From an uncultured bacterium (GTDB lineage Bacteria > Oederibacteriota > Oederibacteriia > Oederibacteriales > Oederibacteriaceae), in NCBI GenBank assembly GCA_965112635.1, contig OZ218778.1, positions 2,368,001 through 2,432,000 of the forward strand: a stretch of 64,000 nucleotides of DNA. The letters run 5' to 3'. A program made the translations under genes and the position numbers. Below are positions 1 to 10,085 of the stretch, in pieces (positions within the stretch are counted from its first letter, which is position 1; the number at the start of each line of letters is the position of its first letter). The notes below the pieces were generated by a model. The model worked only from the letters and a program-made list of their open reading frames with translations, was not told the origin of the DNA and did not search any database.

Positions 1-6
1 AATAAA

Positions 7-858
7 ATGGGGGCTGTTCTTCTTTTAAGTCTAACTGTAATTCTTGCCTTGAATTTGTTTATCATAGGTTGGCTTCTTGAGGAAACCTATGCTTCCCTGT
101 TGCAAACCGACGACTTCCGATCGCAAATATTGCTAAATGATATGGTTCAAAAGGGTTGTCAGGCGTTCATACAGAAAGACGATTTGCTTCTGGTAGACAC
201 TGTCAAATCGCTAACGAAAAACAACTTTGTTTTTGAAGCATTTTTTCTAAACACCAGCGGCCAGGTACTGGCCCATACGGACAAAAACAAGATAGGCAAA
301 CAGCAAAACGGCGTCTTCACCACCAAAGCCTTGCAAGAGAAAAAAGGTTTTGTTATTCCCTATGTTAATAATAAAGAACATTTCCTCGACCTTGCCGCGC
401 CTATATGGGTAAAGGATAGATTTTGCGGTTTGGCACGATTGAGCATTAGGACTGAAAATACCTACCAAAAGGTATTCTTCTACAAAGTTGTTTTTTTTCT
501 GTGTATTATTTTGGCAGCACTTTTTCTTTTTCTATCGGCAAAAAAGGTGGGTTTCAATTTTCATGAAACAGTTAGTGGCAGCTCTTTCATTTTGGTCAAT
601 AACGAAAACAGGATTGTGGCAATCTATTCTCAGGCTTTTCAAGACCACAATCTCGTCGGTCAGCACATTCTTGATGTAATCAAGGAGAGCGAATTTTCCG
701 CTATACTCCAGCAATCCCTGAACGCAAAAAACAAGTGGATCAGACAACAAATTTCCATACAAAGCTTGAATAAGAATCCTCTTTGTGTCGAGATTTATTC
801 CACATCTTTTGATGAGGCACAAAAAACAGCCATTTTAATCCATATCAGGGAATCCTAA
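7..858 (+). CDS. Membrane sensor-like protein (TM, Cache-like periplasmic domain, TM, PAS-like tail); no kinase domain; may extend upstream of the window
   Basis: Two hydrophobic segments flank a region with Cache-type motifs (FLNTSGQVLAHTD, LDLAAPIWV). The C-terminal FILVNNENRIV..LVGQHILDVI is PAS-like. The frame is open back to position 1. Confidence 0.5.
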   Translation: MGAVLLLSLTVILALNLFIIGWLLEETYASLLQTDDFRSQILLNDMVQKGCQAFIQKDDLLLVDTVKSLTKNNFVFEAFFLNTSGQVLAHTDKNKIGKQQNGVFTTKALQEKKGFVIPYVNNKEHFLDLAAPIWVKDRFCGLARLSIRTENTYQKVFFYKVVFFLCIILAALFLFLSAKKVGFNFHETVSGSSFILVNNENRIVAIYSQAFQDHNLVGQHILDVIKESEFSAILQQSLNAKNKWIRQQISIQSLNKNPLCVEIYSTSFDEAQKTAILIHIRES

Positions 859-978
859 GAAAGAACCCCAGATAAAACCTAGATGTTCCCTAATATCTTT
901 TGCGGAAACTTGACACAATCAAAAAATGATAGATAATCAATGAAAACGAACTTGCGAGAAAGCGAAAGGAGCGTGACA

Positions 979-2175
979 ATGTCGAGGGTTTTTGTGTTTT
1001 GCCATAGATTTCCGGCCTTACTGATGGTCGTTCTATTGGTATCACTACTCGGATTGTCTTGTAAAAAGAAACAAGAACAAACAGTTGCTATTTCAACAAC
1101 TCCAGTCATAGTACAAAAGGCTGTTAAAATACCCGGCGACATCGTCTATGTTTCCAAACAAAACAACTCCTTTTTTTTACGAAGCTATAATTATGCAACA
1201 AAATCTTCTGAGAACTTGTTGAGCTGGAATGGCGAAATTAAGATGCCGGCTTGGTCCCCTGATGGAAATAGGCTAGTTTTCTTTGGTCAAGACAAAGGAA
1301 AATGGCATCTTTATATCATGGATAAGGTCCAGAAAAAACCTATTCCCTTAACTTTGGAAGAAGATCTTTCGCCAAAAGCCCCCCCTCAATGGTCCGCAGA
1401 CAGTAACCAAATAGCCTTCCTATATCAAGGGATTTGGTTAATTAATCACGATGGGACCAACCCCCGAACTTTAATCGCCGATGAATCGGTCAAGGAATTG
1501 GCCTGGTCCTTTGATGGCTCAAAAATAGCTTTTACCCGCCTTAACGATCATGAAACAAATATCTGGACCATACAACCTGACGGCACGAATTTAATCAAAA
1601 TTACTAACAACAATGAATGCCGCAATCCCTCCTGGTCTCCTGATAGCCAAAAATTGGCTTTTACCCTTATCAACAAACAAGCAAAAAATATCTGGGTCAT
1701 AGGAGGAAATGGGAGCGACTTGCATCCTTTAACTTATAATAACCAAAGTTATGCGCCGGCCTGGTCCCCTGATGGCAGCAAAATTACCTATCTCTATGGT
1801 GTTTTCACGACCCCCAGCCTTTGGGTGATGAGCGTCGATGGAACCGGCGCCACACCCCTATCTGACTCGTTGGCGCTGCATATTCCTGAGCCTTTGGCAT
1901 GGTCCCCTTCATGGGCTTGCGATGGCAGCCAAATTGTATTTGTAATGGGGTCCTTGGCTACTCCTAACATTTTCACCATTGATGCTGCGGGAAGGCAACC
2001 AAAACAGATCAGCCAGGATTATGGGATGGATCCCACGTGGTCTTTTGTATTAAGTAACGAAACCGCGGGAAAAATTTCCAATATCCCTGTCACAGCTCTA
2101 CCCCAGACAGTTATAACGCCAACCAAAACGGTGATGCCAAAACTAACGCCTAAAAAAGAATCCCAAAAAAAATAG
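979..2175 (+). CDS. TolB-like PD40-repeat beta-propeller lipoprotein with a Pro/Thr/Lys-rich tail
   Basis: Repeated P-x-WSPDG-x2-I-x-F motifs; lipobox-like LLGLSC; SD AAGGAG at 966-971 favours the ATG at 979 over 940. Confidence 0.8.
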   Translation: MSRVFVFCHRFPALLMVVLLVSLLGLSCKKKQEQTVAISTTPVIVQKAVKIPGDIVYVSKQNNSFFLRSYNYATKSSENLLSWNGEIKMPAWSPDGNRLVFFGQDKGKWHLYIMDKVQKKPIPLTLEEDLSPKAPPQWSADSNQIAFLYQGIWLINHDGTNPRTLIADESVKELAWSFDGSKIAFTRLNDHETNIWTIQPDGTNLIKITNNNECRNPSWSPDSQKLAFTLINKQAKNIWVIGGNGSDLHPLTYNNQSYAPAWSPDGSKITYLYGVFTTPSLWVMSVDGTGATPLSDSLALHIPEPLAWSPSWACDGSQIVFVMGSLATPNIFTIDAAGRQPKQISQDYGMDPTWSFVLSNETAGKISNIPVTALPQTVITPTKTVMPKLTPKKESQKK

Positions 2176-2211
2176 GCGCTTTTTACTTATGAATGAGGGA
2201 TTTGGTTAATC

Positions 2212-2400
2212 TCAATTAGTGTTTCCTGGGTGGTTTTGGCGGGCCTTTTTCCAACCTTCATAATGCTTGCTTAACCAGTCAAAAGCCGCTGCATTGCCGC
2301 CCATATTTCTACCTATCTTTTCGCTTTCATACCATTTGTGTTTCTCAATCTCGCTTATAATTTCCTGAATATATTTTTTGAATTTTTCATCCGAATTCAC
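2212..2400 (-). CDS. Small DUF4032-like protein
   Basis: The motif EIEKHKWYESEKIGRNMG..AAFDW resembles DUF4032. A GAGGAGG SD lies upstream of the GTG start. Confidence 0.55.
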   Translation of the reverse strand: MNSDEKFKKYIQEIISEIEKHKWYESEKIGRNMGGNAAAFDWLSKHYEGWKKARQNHPGNTN

Positions 2401-2427
2401 AATTCCGCCCTCCTCAAAATCATATAA

Positions 2428-3231
2428 CTATTCTATCAAAACCCTTTTAATCCTGCATGACATATTGCCCAGTATCTTCTTGGTTAGACGTGAAAAGGGT
2501 TGGGGAACATCGGTTACATAAATTTCACAAAATCTTCGGCGGGAAGAATGCGTGGCATTTTTTGGCCAAGCCTCCAAAATTCTATCAACCTGGGCAGCGA
2601 TTTCCTCGGCCGAATCAACCAGTGTCACGCGGGGCCCCATTACTTTTTTGATGGCATTTTTTAAGAGTGGATAATGGGTGCAGCCTAGGATCAGCGTATC
2701 GATCTTCTTGTTTTTCAAGGGACGAAGATAAGTGTCGGCGATATTTTCCGCGACTTTTGATCCTGCCCATCCTTCTTCAACCAATGGAACAAAAAGCGGG
2801 CAGGCTTTACTATAAACCCTTAAGTTCGGGGCATATTTTTTGATGCTTTTTTCATAAGCTCGGCTGCGAATAGTCGAGTGAGTCCCTATAACACCTACCC
2901 GACCATTTTTAGTTGCCCTGATAGCTCTTAGGGTCCCTGGTTCTATCACCCCCAAAAGAGGTAAAGAATACTTTTTCGCCAGCCCTTCAAGACAAAGCGC
3001 CGATGCGGTATTGCAAGCCACTACAATGATCTTCACTTTCCTTTTTAAAAGAAAATCGATATTCTTTAGGGAAAGGCTCCATATGGTATCTTTGGACTTT
3101 GATCCATAAGGCAAATGCGCCGTATCACCCAAATAAACGATCGATTCACCCTGAATCACCCTTTTTATGGTCTTTAAAACAGTCAACCCACCAAGCCCTG
3201 AATCAAATATCCCGATAGGACCCCTCATCAT
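2428..3231 (-). CDS. murI: Glutamate racemase
   Basis: Motifs IGIFDSGLGG, PYGSK, ACNTAS and LGCTHYP; both catalytic Cys present. Confidence 0.97.
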   Translation of the reverse strand: MMRGPIGIFDSGLGGLTVLKTIKRVIQGESIVYLGDTAHLPYGSKSKDTIWSLSLKNIDFLLKRKVKIIVVACNTASALCLEGLAKKYSLPLLGVIEPGTLRAIRATKNGRVGVIGTHSTIRSRAYEKSIKKYAPNLRVYSKACPLFVPLVEEGWAGSKVAENIADTYLRPLKNKKIDTLILGCTHYPLLKNAIKKVMGPRVTLVDSAEEIAAQVDRILEAWPKNATHSSRRRFCEIYVTDVPQPFSRLTKKILGNMSCRIKRVLIE

Positions 3232-3264
3232 TTCACCTCAACATTAACGAATGCTCAGAATGAT

Positions 3265-3849
3265 CTATCTAATCACCGTTTCATCTAAAGTAAAAGCCTT
3301 TGCGGCATTTAGATGTCCGAACAAATCCTCGTCTCGTTGACCTTCAACAAGTAATTGGATTGCTTTTATATCTCTGAAATTTTTCTTCACCGTCCCAGCA
3401 ATGGCGTTCTCAAACAAATATTCGCTATAAAAACTACTGGCCGATTCACCCTTAAACTCCCTGCTGAAATTCAAATAGAGATTTGATTTCTCATCAATAA
3501 AAAGGTCTAACAACTTTGTGTCAGCAGGAATCACCCTATATTTTCTCCTATCTTCAGGTCCTGCAATGAGGGCTTCTATGGTTTTCTTGATCTTTTCACT
3601 GAAAGACTGGTCAATTAAACTAATCATCCTGTTTTCAGGTTCCAATGAAACCCCATTTTCTGCGATAAAATAAAGGCTTACTGGCAACGATTGTTCTTTT
3701 GAGGATAAAGGCAGTCCAGGTGTTGTAGAGGGCAGATAGTTTATATCTATCCAAGTCCAAACCAACCAAAGGATGGCAAAAACCCCGCTCACGATAAGAA
3801 TAACCCTGAACAAAGGTACGGTCTTCTTCTTAATTCTGATATTTTTCAC
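3265..3849 (-). CDS. GerMN-domain membrane-anchored protein
   Basis: N-terminal TM; LYF..L.PE.R, IEALIAGP, YLNFS and VQLLVEG-type motifs; sits between an amidase and murI, its usual context. Confidence 0.8.
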   Translation of the reverse strand: MKNIRIKKKTVPLFRVILIVSGVFAILWLVWTWIDINYLPSTTPGLPLSSKEQSLPVSLYFIAENGVSLEPENRMISLIDQSFSEKIKKTIEALIAGPEDRRKYRVIPADTKLLDLFIDEKSNLYLNFSREFKGESASSFYSEYLFENAIAGTVKKNFRDIKAIQLLVEGQRDEDLFGHLNAAKAFTLDETVIR

Positions 3850-3854
3850 CTTGA

Positions 3855-4544
3855 TTACCTTTTAATATAGAATTCTTCAATAGCAAGCGCAATACTTCTC
3901 CCCAACTCCTGCTTGTAAGCTTCATCATTAAGTAGGGCAGCTTGTTTCTGGTTCGTTAAATTTCCTATTTCTAATACTACCGCAGGCATCGACAAACCGT
4001 CTAGAAGCACGGAGGACGACTGTTTTGCACCCAAAAAAGGACAAGGGGCGTCTTGAGGCTGTATTTTTTGGAAAAGCATAGACAACCCATCCTGGAATAT
4101 CTTCGAAAATCTTATACACGCCTCCATATTTTCTGGATTTGGGTTTTCCCAAAGGCTGAAATTGGGCACGCTTGCATTAGTTCGGCCGATTGGATTGATT
4201 ACAGAAACACGTGGAAGAAAGATCTCAAAACCATTTGAAGATGGCGATAATAATTCCCCGCAATGGATAGAAATAAAAAGGTTAGCCTTCAGCCGGTTGG
4301 CCAGAACTGCACGAGAGGTATTAGATAAAGCGCTATCGTCTGAACGAGTCAAAAAAACAGTAATTTCTGGACGGACCGCAAGATTTTTTTTTACGATCTC
4401 CGCCAGGTCTAAATCAACATCCTTTTCTTTCAAAAGGTTTGTCGCCGTAATACCGGCATCACTTCCCCCATGGCCTGGATCGACTACAACAATATAGGAA
4501 GTACTCAACGCCGTCTGTGCATTAATAGGGAGGGCGCTAAACAA
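3855..4544 (-). CDS. N-acetylmuramoyl-L-alanine amidase (Amidase_3); start codon uncertain
   Basis: Zn-ligand and catalytic motifs VDPGHGGSD, EKD, FISIH and LEIGNLTN. Confidence 0.9.
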   Translation of the reverse strand: MFSALPINAQTALSTSYIVVVDPGHGGSDAGITATNLLKEKDVDLDLAEIVKKNLAVRPEITVFLTRSDDSALSNTSRAVLANRLKANLFISIHCGELLSPSSNGFEIFLPRVSVINPIGRTNASVPNFSLWENPNPENMEACIRFSKIFQDGLSMLFQKIQPQDAPCPFLGAKQSSSVLLDGLSMPAVVLEIGNLTNQKQAALLNDEAYKQELGRSIALAIEEFYIKR

Positions 4545-4582
4545 TAAATAAATTAGAAATAAAATAAAAATTTAAACCACCT

Positions 4583-5566
4583 CTAAAGAGGGTTAATAGT
4601 AACGTTGGCTAAAGAGGTAAGATTGGTATACCAGCGGTCATATCCCTGCTCTTTTTTCATGTTTAAGATTTCCTGTTTGCCGAATTGCTTCATCTCATCA
4701 AAAGTAATCGTTCGAGGTGGTTTTTTCCCCAAAACTTGGATGATCTCAAAACCATATTGCGTTTTTATTGGGGTGCTGATTTGGTTGATTTTCAAATTGC
4801 CAATGACTTTTTGTATATCCGGAGGCAACCGATTAAGGGCCACATAGCCGACAACCCCTTTTTTGGCTTTACTAATTTGGTCATTGGAGTTTGCCTGAAT
4901 TACATCGTCAAAATCTCCCGGATGACTGGCTAATCGCTTACCTAATTGCTGAGCTAGCGCTTCATCTTTAATGGACACATGCTTAATGTTGAACTGAACG
5001 GGAATGCTGAACTGCCGCTTGTTGGCTGTATAATACTCCCTCAGTTCTTTGGCTGTTACGCTCAAATTCCGGCCAAAGGGCTCTTTGAGCTTCTCTTCGA
5101 GCACGTTCCAGTAAAGAGTATCTTTATAATCGTTCAAGGTTAATGCGTGATTCTTGAGGTCATTTAGAAAAGCTTGATAATTTGGATATCGCTGGCTCAT
5201 TTGGGAGATTTGCTGGTCAATCTCCTGTGGTAAAACTTCTATCCCCTGCGCCTTAGCACCCTGCCTTATAATATTCCTCTTGATCAACATGCTTAACACC
5301 AGATTCCTGAAGTTCATCATTTCTTCTTTTCCCTGGGGTCCCGGCAGCTTCTTGCCGGCGCTTCCGGTCCTCGTCTGGTTAAGATAAAAATCTAGGTTCT
5401 TTTTGAACTGGTAATAGGATATTTTTTCTCCGTTCACATAAGCGACAGCTCTGCTCAGCCAAAGGGAGTATAAGACGATGGCCACTAGCAGGATCAGGGC
5501 CCCCCAAACAACAGATTGAACAACGAGCCTTCTTTTCTTTGTAAAAAGCTCTGACAATTTGGTCAT
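4583..5566 (-). CDS. PrsA/SurA-type parvulin peptidyl-prolyl isomerase (foldase)
   Basis: TM anchor, SurA-N-like VAYVNGEKI, and a parvulin-like C-terminal part (KHV, GGVVG-like, ISTPIKTQYGFEII). Confidence 0.85.
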   Translation of the reverse strand: MTKLSELFTKKRRLVVQSVVWGALILLVAIVLYSLWLSRAVAYVNGEKISYYQFKKNLDFYLNQTRTGSAGKKLPGPQGKEEMMNFRNLVLSMLIKRNIIRQGAKAQGIEVLPQEIDQQISQMSQRYPNYQAFLNDLKNHALTLNDYKDTLYWNVLEEKLKEPFGRNLSVTAKELREYYTANKRQFSIPVQFNIKHVSIKDEALAQQLGKRLASHPGDFDDVIQANSNDQISKAKKGVVGYVALNRLPPDIQKVIGNLKINQISTPIKTQYGFEIIQVLGKKPPRTITFDEMKQFGKQEILNMKKEQGYDRWYTNLTSLANVTINPL

Positions 5567-5661
5567 AAATCATTCCTCTCCCGGAAAAAATCCAGCCATT
5601 TTTAGCTGGTAGGACTTTACTAAATTAGGACTATAAAAACATAAAAACCATCAAAGGTCAA

Positions 5662-6975
5662 TCATGGCTCTAGCTTAGTCGTTACTTCGTTTGACACTAC
5701 TGAACATTCCTTCCCTTTGGACTTATAAATAGCCGTGGCATGCCCTGCTTCCTCTCCCTCCCCATTATTTTTCCTGCCAGCAATGTAATATATTTCTCCT
5801 CTAGAATTCCGTGAAACAGGGCCCTTGATAAGGAATCGGATCTCATTCTTTTCAGAATTATATTTTCCTCCCTTGGAAATTCCCTTCAACTCCAAAAAGG
5901 AAGGTAAAATATCAGTTAAAACCAATCCTTCTTTTAATAATGAGTTCGCTTTCCACTTTATCTGATAGGTCAAGGACATTTCATTATTGTCCTCGTAAGA
6001 TACAGCCAGAGACTTGGTTAATTCCACATCGGCTGATGGAGTGGTTGTAGCAACTGCCTCCTGTACCCCTGGCTTAAAAGAGTAAACCTCTACGGTTGTA
6101 GGGGTATTCATGGCCGGTAAAGGTGACGGGCTGGGTTTAGGAGTAAAAATAAAAACCTGCGTGGCTTTTGGTGTTGGTGGAAGCGGAATCTCTGTCAACG
6201 ATGGCGAGGGAATAACTTCTGTGAAAACAACAATCCGGGTCGGGATTTCCGTCGGCGTAGCGGCCATGGTCGGGCTGAAGGGAGGCGTTTCCGTTGCTGT
6301 CAACACAGTTGTATAAGACGGAATAGGGGTTTGGGTGAAAGTTACAGTGTCTGGCGGCGTGGCTGTCGGAGTTGGAAAATCCAACCGGAACTTTCGACGG
6401 TAATAGTTGTTGCTATTGTCATATCCATTGTCAGACTTGCCGTCTGGAAAAAAGTTTAGAGCATTGATGGTTAATCCAGTGTCTGGATTTTGTGGCAAGG
6501 GGAACTTCACATGCTCTACGATATTTACGGGAGCATCCCAGCTACTATCATCAAAATCATATTTAGCCCAGTCCGGAGCTGGAGCATTTAGATCCTGGCC
6601 AGGAGGAATTGCTCCTCTTGGGTCACCTGGTCCATAGCGTAACGATTTCCAACCAGCATCTTCATCATCGCTGGCCTTATAGATCGTCCTTCCAGAGTCC
6701 GTGTGTATAATGAGAAGAAAACCTATTCCTTGAGGTCCTCCATAATTATAATCCTGCGCTGCCAAAATATTTTCCGTCTTAAACAGGCTTGGGGCTACTG
6801 CAGTTTTTGACAGAACCTGTATACCGCAATAAGTAATCGTTTTTCCATTGAGGTAGATTATTCCCGTATCATCCGCCGCAGCATCTATTTCTGCGCTAAC
6901 TATCTTCTCAGCAGAGCTAATTCTGAAAAATAAAAAGAATAAAACCGTCGATAAAATTACATATTTTTTCATCAT
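5662..6975 (-). CDS. Exported protein, paralog 3: lectin/CBM-like beta-sandwich, Pro/Thr linker, DUF11-like domain
   Basis: Signal peptide; ADD..IYLNG, W...FDDSSW and YYRRKF motifs; PT-rich linker; C-terminal LTKSL..LTY.I..LTDILPSFL..GGKY..SNEV. Confidence 0.7.
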   Translation of the reverse strand: MMKKYVILSTVLFFLFFRISSAEKIVSAEIDAAADDTGIIYLNGKTITYCGIQVLSKTAVAPSLFKTENILAAQDYNYGGPQGIGFLLIIHTDSGRTIYKASDDEDAGWKSLRYGPGDPRGAIPPGQDLNAPAPDWAKYDFDDSSWDAPVNIVEHVKFPLPQNPDTGLTINALNFFPDGKSDNGYDNSNNYYRRKFRLDFPTPTATPPDTVTFTQTPIPSYTTVLTATETPPFSPTMAATPTEIPTRIVVFTEVIPSPSLTEIPLPPTPKATQVFIFTPKPSPSPLPAMNTPTTVEVYSFKPGVQEAVATTTPSADVELTKSLAVSYEDNNEMSLTYQIKWKANSLLKEGLVLTDILPSFLELKGISKGGKYNSEKNEIRFLIKGPVSRNSRGEIYYIAGRKNNGEGEEAGHATAIYKSKGKECSVVSNEVTTKLEP

Positions 6976-6982
6976 ATCAAAC

Positions 6983-8536
6983 CTACTTGTTTTGCTCAGT
7001 TGGTTCGATCTTAGTGATAACCTCGTTAGAGCTCACTGAGTAAAGGATATTATGATAAACATAAATGCCTGTGGCTTTACTCCGGAATATATCTTTGCCC
7101 GGGGGCATTGTTTGATCAAGTCCTCTTTTCATAACATAGAAAAGTTCTCCCGACATACCTTTGACAACAGGCTCCCTGAGGATAAACACGATCTCTCGGC
7201 GTACTGGATCGTATTCGCCACCTTCAGTGAATCCTCTTAACTCGAGGAATTCAGGCAACTTATCAACGATTTTAAATCCATTTTTCAGGTCTATAGGGCT
7301 GAACCAGCTTATTTTATAGGTATACCTTTGCTCATTCTTATCAGTGTATACAAGAGCCAGGGTTTTAACCAAAAACAGCTGGACAGGGGTCACCGTCAAG
7401 GTCATTTCCGGGGTACCGCGTCGCATGACCCGGATGAACTCCTGAGTAGGGACACGCACTGGGGTCGGAGGTAAAGTCGGCTGGGGGACTGCCGTGAACG
7501 CTTTAGCAGGTATTGGAGCTTGGGTATAGGTGGATGTTGGCGGCATAGGCGTAAAGGTTCGAGTAGCTGGTACCGTATTGGTCGGAACAGGCGTAAAGGC
7601 CTGGGTAAAGGTATTGGTGGGCGGCACGGTATTGGTCGGCACCGGAGTGAACCCGGGCACCGTGGGCCTCGGAGTAGCCGTAGGCAGCGGCGTGCTGGTA
7701 TTCACCGCCGTCGCCGAGAACGTAAAGGTCAATGGAGGCACTTTCGTCGCCGTCGAGGTCGGTATCGGCACCGGCGTCTCCGTCTGCGTGTAAGTGGCCG
7801 TGTCCGTAGGCCATAGGTTGAAATGCCTGCGGTAATAGTCTATGTCGTTGCCGCTGGTCTGCGAGATCGTGTGCTCGTAACTTGACAGCACTCCTATCCC
7901 CATCCCCGACTCGGGGTTTATCACCGCCGTCATATAATTGGGAGCATCGTAAATGGTGCTGTTCCACTCGGAATCGTTAAATCCATAGTTCAACCAACCC
8001 TTGGGCCCCAGTTCCGCGTAGTCCCGGTAGGGAAACTCCCTCCCGGCCGCCACATCCGCTTTGGTCAGGTATCCGGTGGACTGGTCATTGCCTTTGGAGA
8101 TCATCAGAAGAATGTCATCCGGGTTGTGCAGCATTTTCGTGTCTTCAACGGATTCCTGGCTGGATTCCAAATACCATTCTTTCCCGTTGTCCAGCTTGAC
8201 GTGAAGGAGGTAAAAAATGCTCATGGATTGAGGCTCGCGGTTGTAATTCTTCATGCAGAGCACGTCGCTGGCATTCAATATATCCGGCGGAATGGACCTG
8301 GCCGTGCAGGTCAACGGATACATCGGCGGATAATGCGGATAAACACGGTATTTGTCGTTAGCGGTCATCGTCACGTCCAACCAGACCGGGTAGCCGTTGA
8401 CCCAGGCGTCCCCGGCGTCGTCGAACTGACAAAGAATGTCCGCTTCCACCGCTTTGGTGGCGAAATTTTTTGGAACAAAGCTAACAGCAAAAAGAATAAA
8501 AAAAAATAAAACAGCAATTATTGATTTAACTCTCAC
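6983..8536 (-). CDS. Exported protein, paralog 2, same architecture
   Basis: FDD..WVNG, GW..FNDSEW and YYRRHF motifs; PT linker; C-terminus closely similar to paralog 1. GTG at 8536 follows a GGAG SD (ORF track start is 8599). Confidence 0.7.
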   Translation of the reverse strand: MRVKSIIAVLFFFILFAVSFVPKNFATKAVEADILCQFDDAGDAWVNGYPVWLDVTMTANDKYRVYPHYPPMYPLTCTARSIPPDILNASDVLCMKNYNREPQSMSIFYLLHVKLDNGKEWYLESSQESVEDTKMLHNPDDILLMISKGNDQSTGYLTKADVAAGREFPYRDYAELGPKGWLNYGFNDSEWNSTIYDAPNYMTAVINPESGMGIGVLSSYEHTISQTSGNDIDYYRRHFNLWPTDTATYTQTETPVPIPTSTATKVPPLTFTFSATAVNTSTPLPTATPRPTVPGFTPVPTNTVPPTNTFTQAFTPVPTNTVPATRTFTPMPPTSTYTQAPIPAKAFTAVPQPTLPPTPVRVPTQEFIRVMRRGTPEMTLTVTPVQLFLVKTLALVYTDKNEQRYTYKISWFSPIDLKNGFKIVDKLPEFLELRGFTEGGEYDPVRREIVFILREPVVKGMSGELFYVMKRGLDQTMPPGKDIFRSKATGIYVYHNILYSVSSNEVITKIEPTEQNK

Positions 8537-8629
8537 TGTGACTGCTCCAGAAGTAATCCTTATGTGCTGCCATGAAGGGTAAAAATAATGATCACCCACG
8601 AATTGACCGCGTAAAATCTCGAATTGGTC

Positions 8630-10066
8630 TTATTTTTTATTCTGATCTTGAGGTTCTACTTTTGTAATGACTTCATTTGAACTTACCGAATATAAAATAT
8701 CGTTAAAGACATAGATTCCCGTAGCCCTGCTTCGAGCCGTCCCTTTATCCGGGGCAATAATTTGGTCCAGCCCTCTCTTCATAATGAAAAACAACTCGCC
8801 AGTCGACCCCCTGACAATAGGACCGGGTACTTTGAATTCAATTCTATGAGTATCTGCATGATATTTACCGCCCTGAGTATATCCATTGATTTCTAAAAAA
8901 TCTGGAAGTTGGTCAACTATTTTAAATCCAGTCTCCAGCTCTATTGGACAGAACCAATTTATCTTGTACATATAATTTTGTTCATTCTTATCTTTGTAGT
9001 CCAGCGCCAAAGTCTTCACCAGGACCAACTGGACCGGAGTCGCGGTAAATGTGATTGCAGGGGTCCCCCGAGCAATGAGTAAAACAAAAGGTCTTGTAGG
9101 AACCTCCCGCGGTGTCGGAGCAAGGGTTGCCGGAGGGATAGGTGGAGGCGCCTTGCGTACCGCAGGTATCGGCGTATTCGTAGGAGTAAAAGGAACCGGC
9201 GTAAAAGTCAACATAAGCGGTACCGGCGTTGCCGTTGGCATTGGAGTGGCCGTGAAAACAGGCGTGAACGTCGCCATTGGCAAGGCAGTGCTGGTTGGCA
9301 CCGGCGTAAACACAGGCGGCATTGTTGCTGTCGGCATAGGGGTTGAGGTCGGCAGTGGCGTGGCGGTCTTTAGGGGCGTAGCCGTCTGGGTCGAGGTATT
9401 TGCCGGTTTGGGAGTGGCCGTACCTGATGGGGTGCTGGTGGCAGTGTCCGCAGGCACAGGGGTCGGTTCTTCAATAGGAAGGGTTATCAATACTCTATAA
9501 TAATCCATTTCATTGGCAAGGTTTGGATTATTGCCATGTTCATGGCTGGAAATGGCATCTACAGGAGAGTCCGTGCAAGGATTCTTAAAAATATCACCGC
9601 CACGCTGTGATGGGGTTTGAAAAACTACACCACCCCACCCTGAATCATCAAAATCTATTTTTCTCCAACCCTGAGGATCTGCGGCAGGCGCATCAGGAAA
9701 ATGCATAAGCTTTGTATCAGGTTGATGTTCACCACTATCCACGCAAATCGTCTGCCCGTTATCTAGTTTTAATATAAGGATATACTCGCAATCGACGCTC
9801 TGTGGCTCATGATTCCAATTCTTGATGCAAAGGATGGTCTTGTTGTGAAAAACACTGGGAGGGATAGTATTGAGAGTCGTGGCATTATTATTATTCCGAG
9901 TTGCTGCAGGATAATCGAAGATCCAGGCTTCAGCCCCATCGTCTCCTGCCAAATGAAAAGTTGCCTCAACCACCTTTGTGCCTTCAAGGGGATTGGAACA
10001 AATTATGCCTAACAAAAGAATGAAAATAGCGGCAATTAATTTGGGACCACAATTCAATCGACTCAT
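8630..10066 (-). CDS. Exported protein, paralog 1, same architecture
   Basis: GDD..AW, GW..DFDDSGW and YYRV motifs; long PT linker. ATG at 10066 follows AGGAG (ORF track start 10129 overlaps the upstream gene). Confidence 0.7.
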   Translation of the reverse strand: MSRLNCGPKLIAAIFILLLGIICSNPLEGTKVVEATFHLAGDDGAEAWIFDYPAATRNNNNATTLNTIPPSVFHNKTILCIKNWNHEPQSVDCEYILILKLDNGQTICVDSGEHQPDTKLMHFPDAPAADPQGWRKIDFDDSGWGGVVFQTPSQRGGDIFKNPCTDSPVDAISSHEHGNNPNLANEMDYYRVLITLPIEEPTPVPADTATSTPSGTATPKPANTSTQTATPLKTATPLPTSTPMPTATMPPVFTPVPTSTALPMATFTPVFTATPMPTATPVPLMLTFTPVPFTPTNTPIPAVRKAPPPIPPATLAPTPREVPTRPFVLLIARGTPAITFTATPVQLVLVKTLALDYKDKNEQNYMYKINWFCPIELETGFKIVDQLPDFLEINGYTQGGKYHADTHRIEFKVPGPIVRGSTGELFFIMKRGLDQIIAPDKGTARSRATGIYVFNDILYSVSSNEVITKVEPQDQNKK

Positions 10067-10085
10067 GAAACTCCTAAATAGCACT

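Noticed and set aside
7500-9500. Gly/Val-rich and Arg-rich alternative-frame ORFs (7530-7793, 9051-9500, 7520-7816)
   Set aside because: They mirror the Pro/Thr codon repeats on the coding strand.
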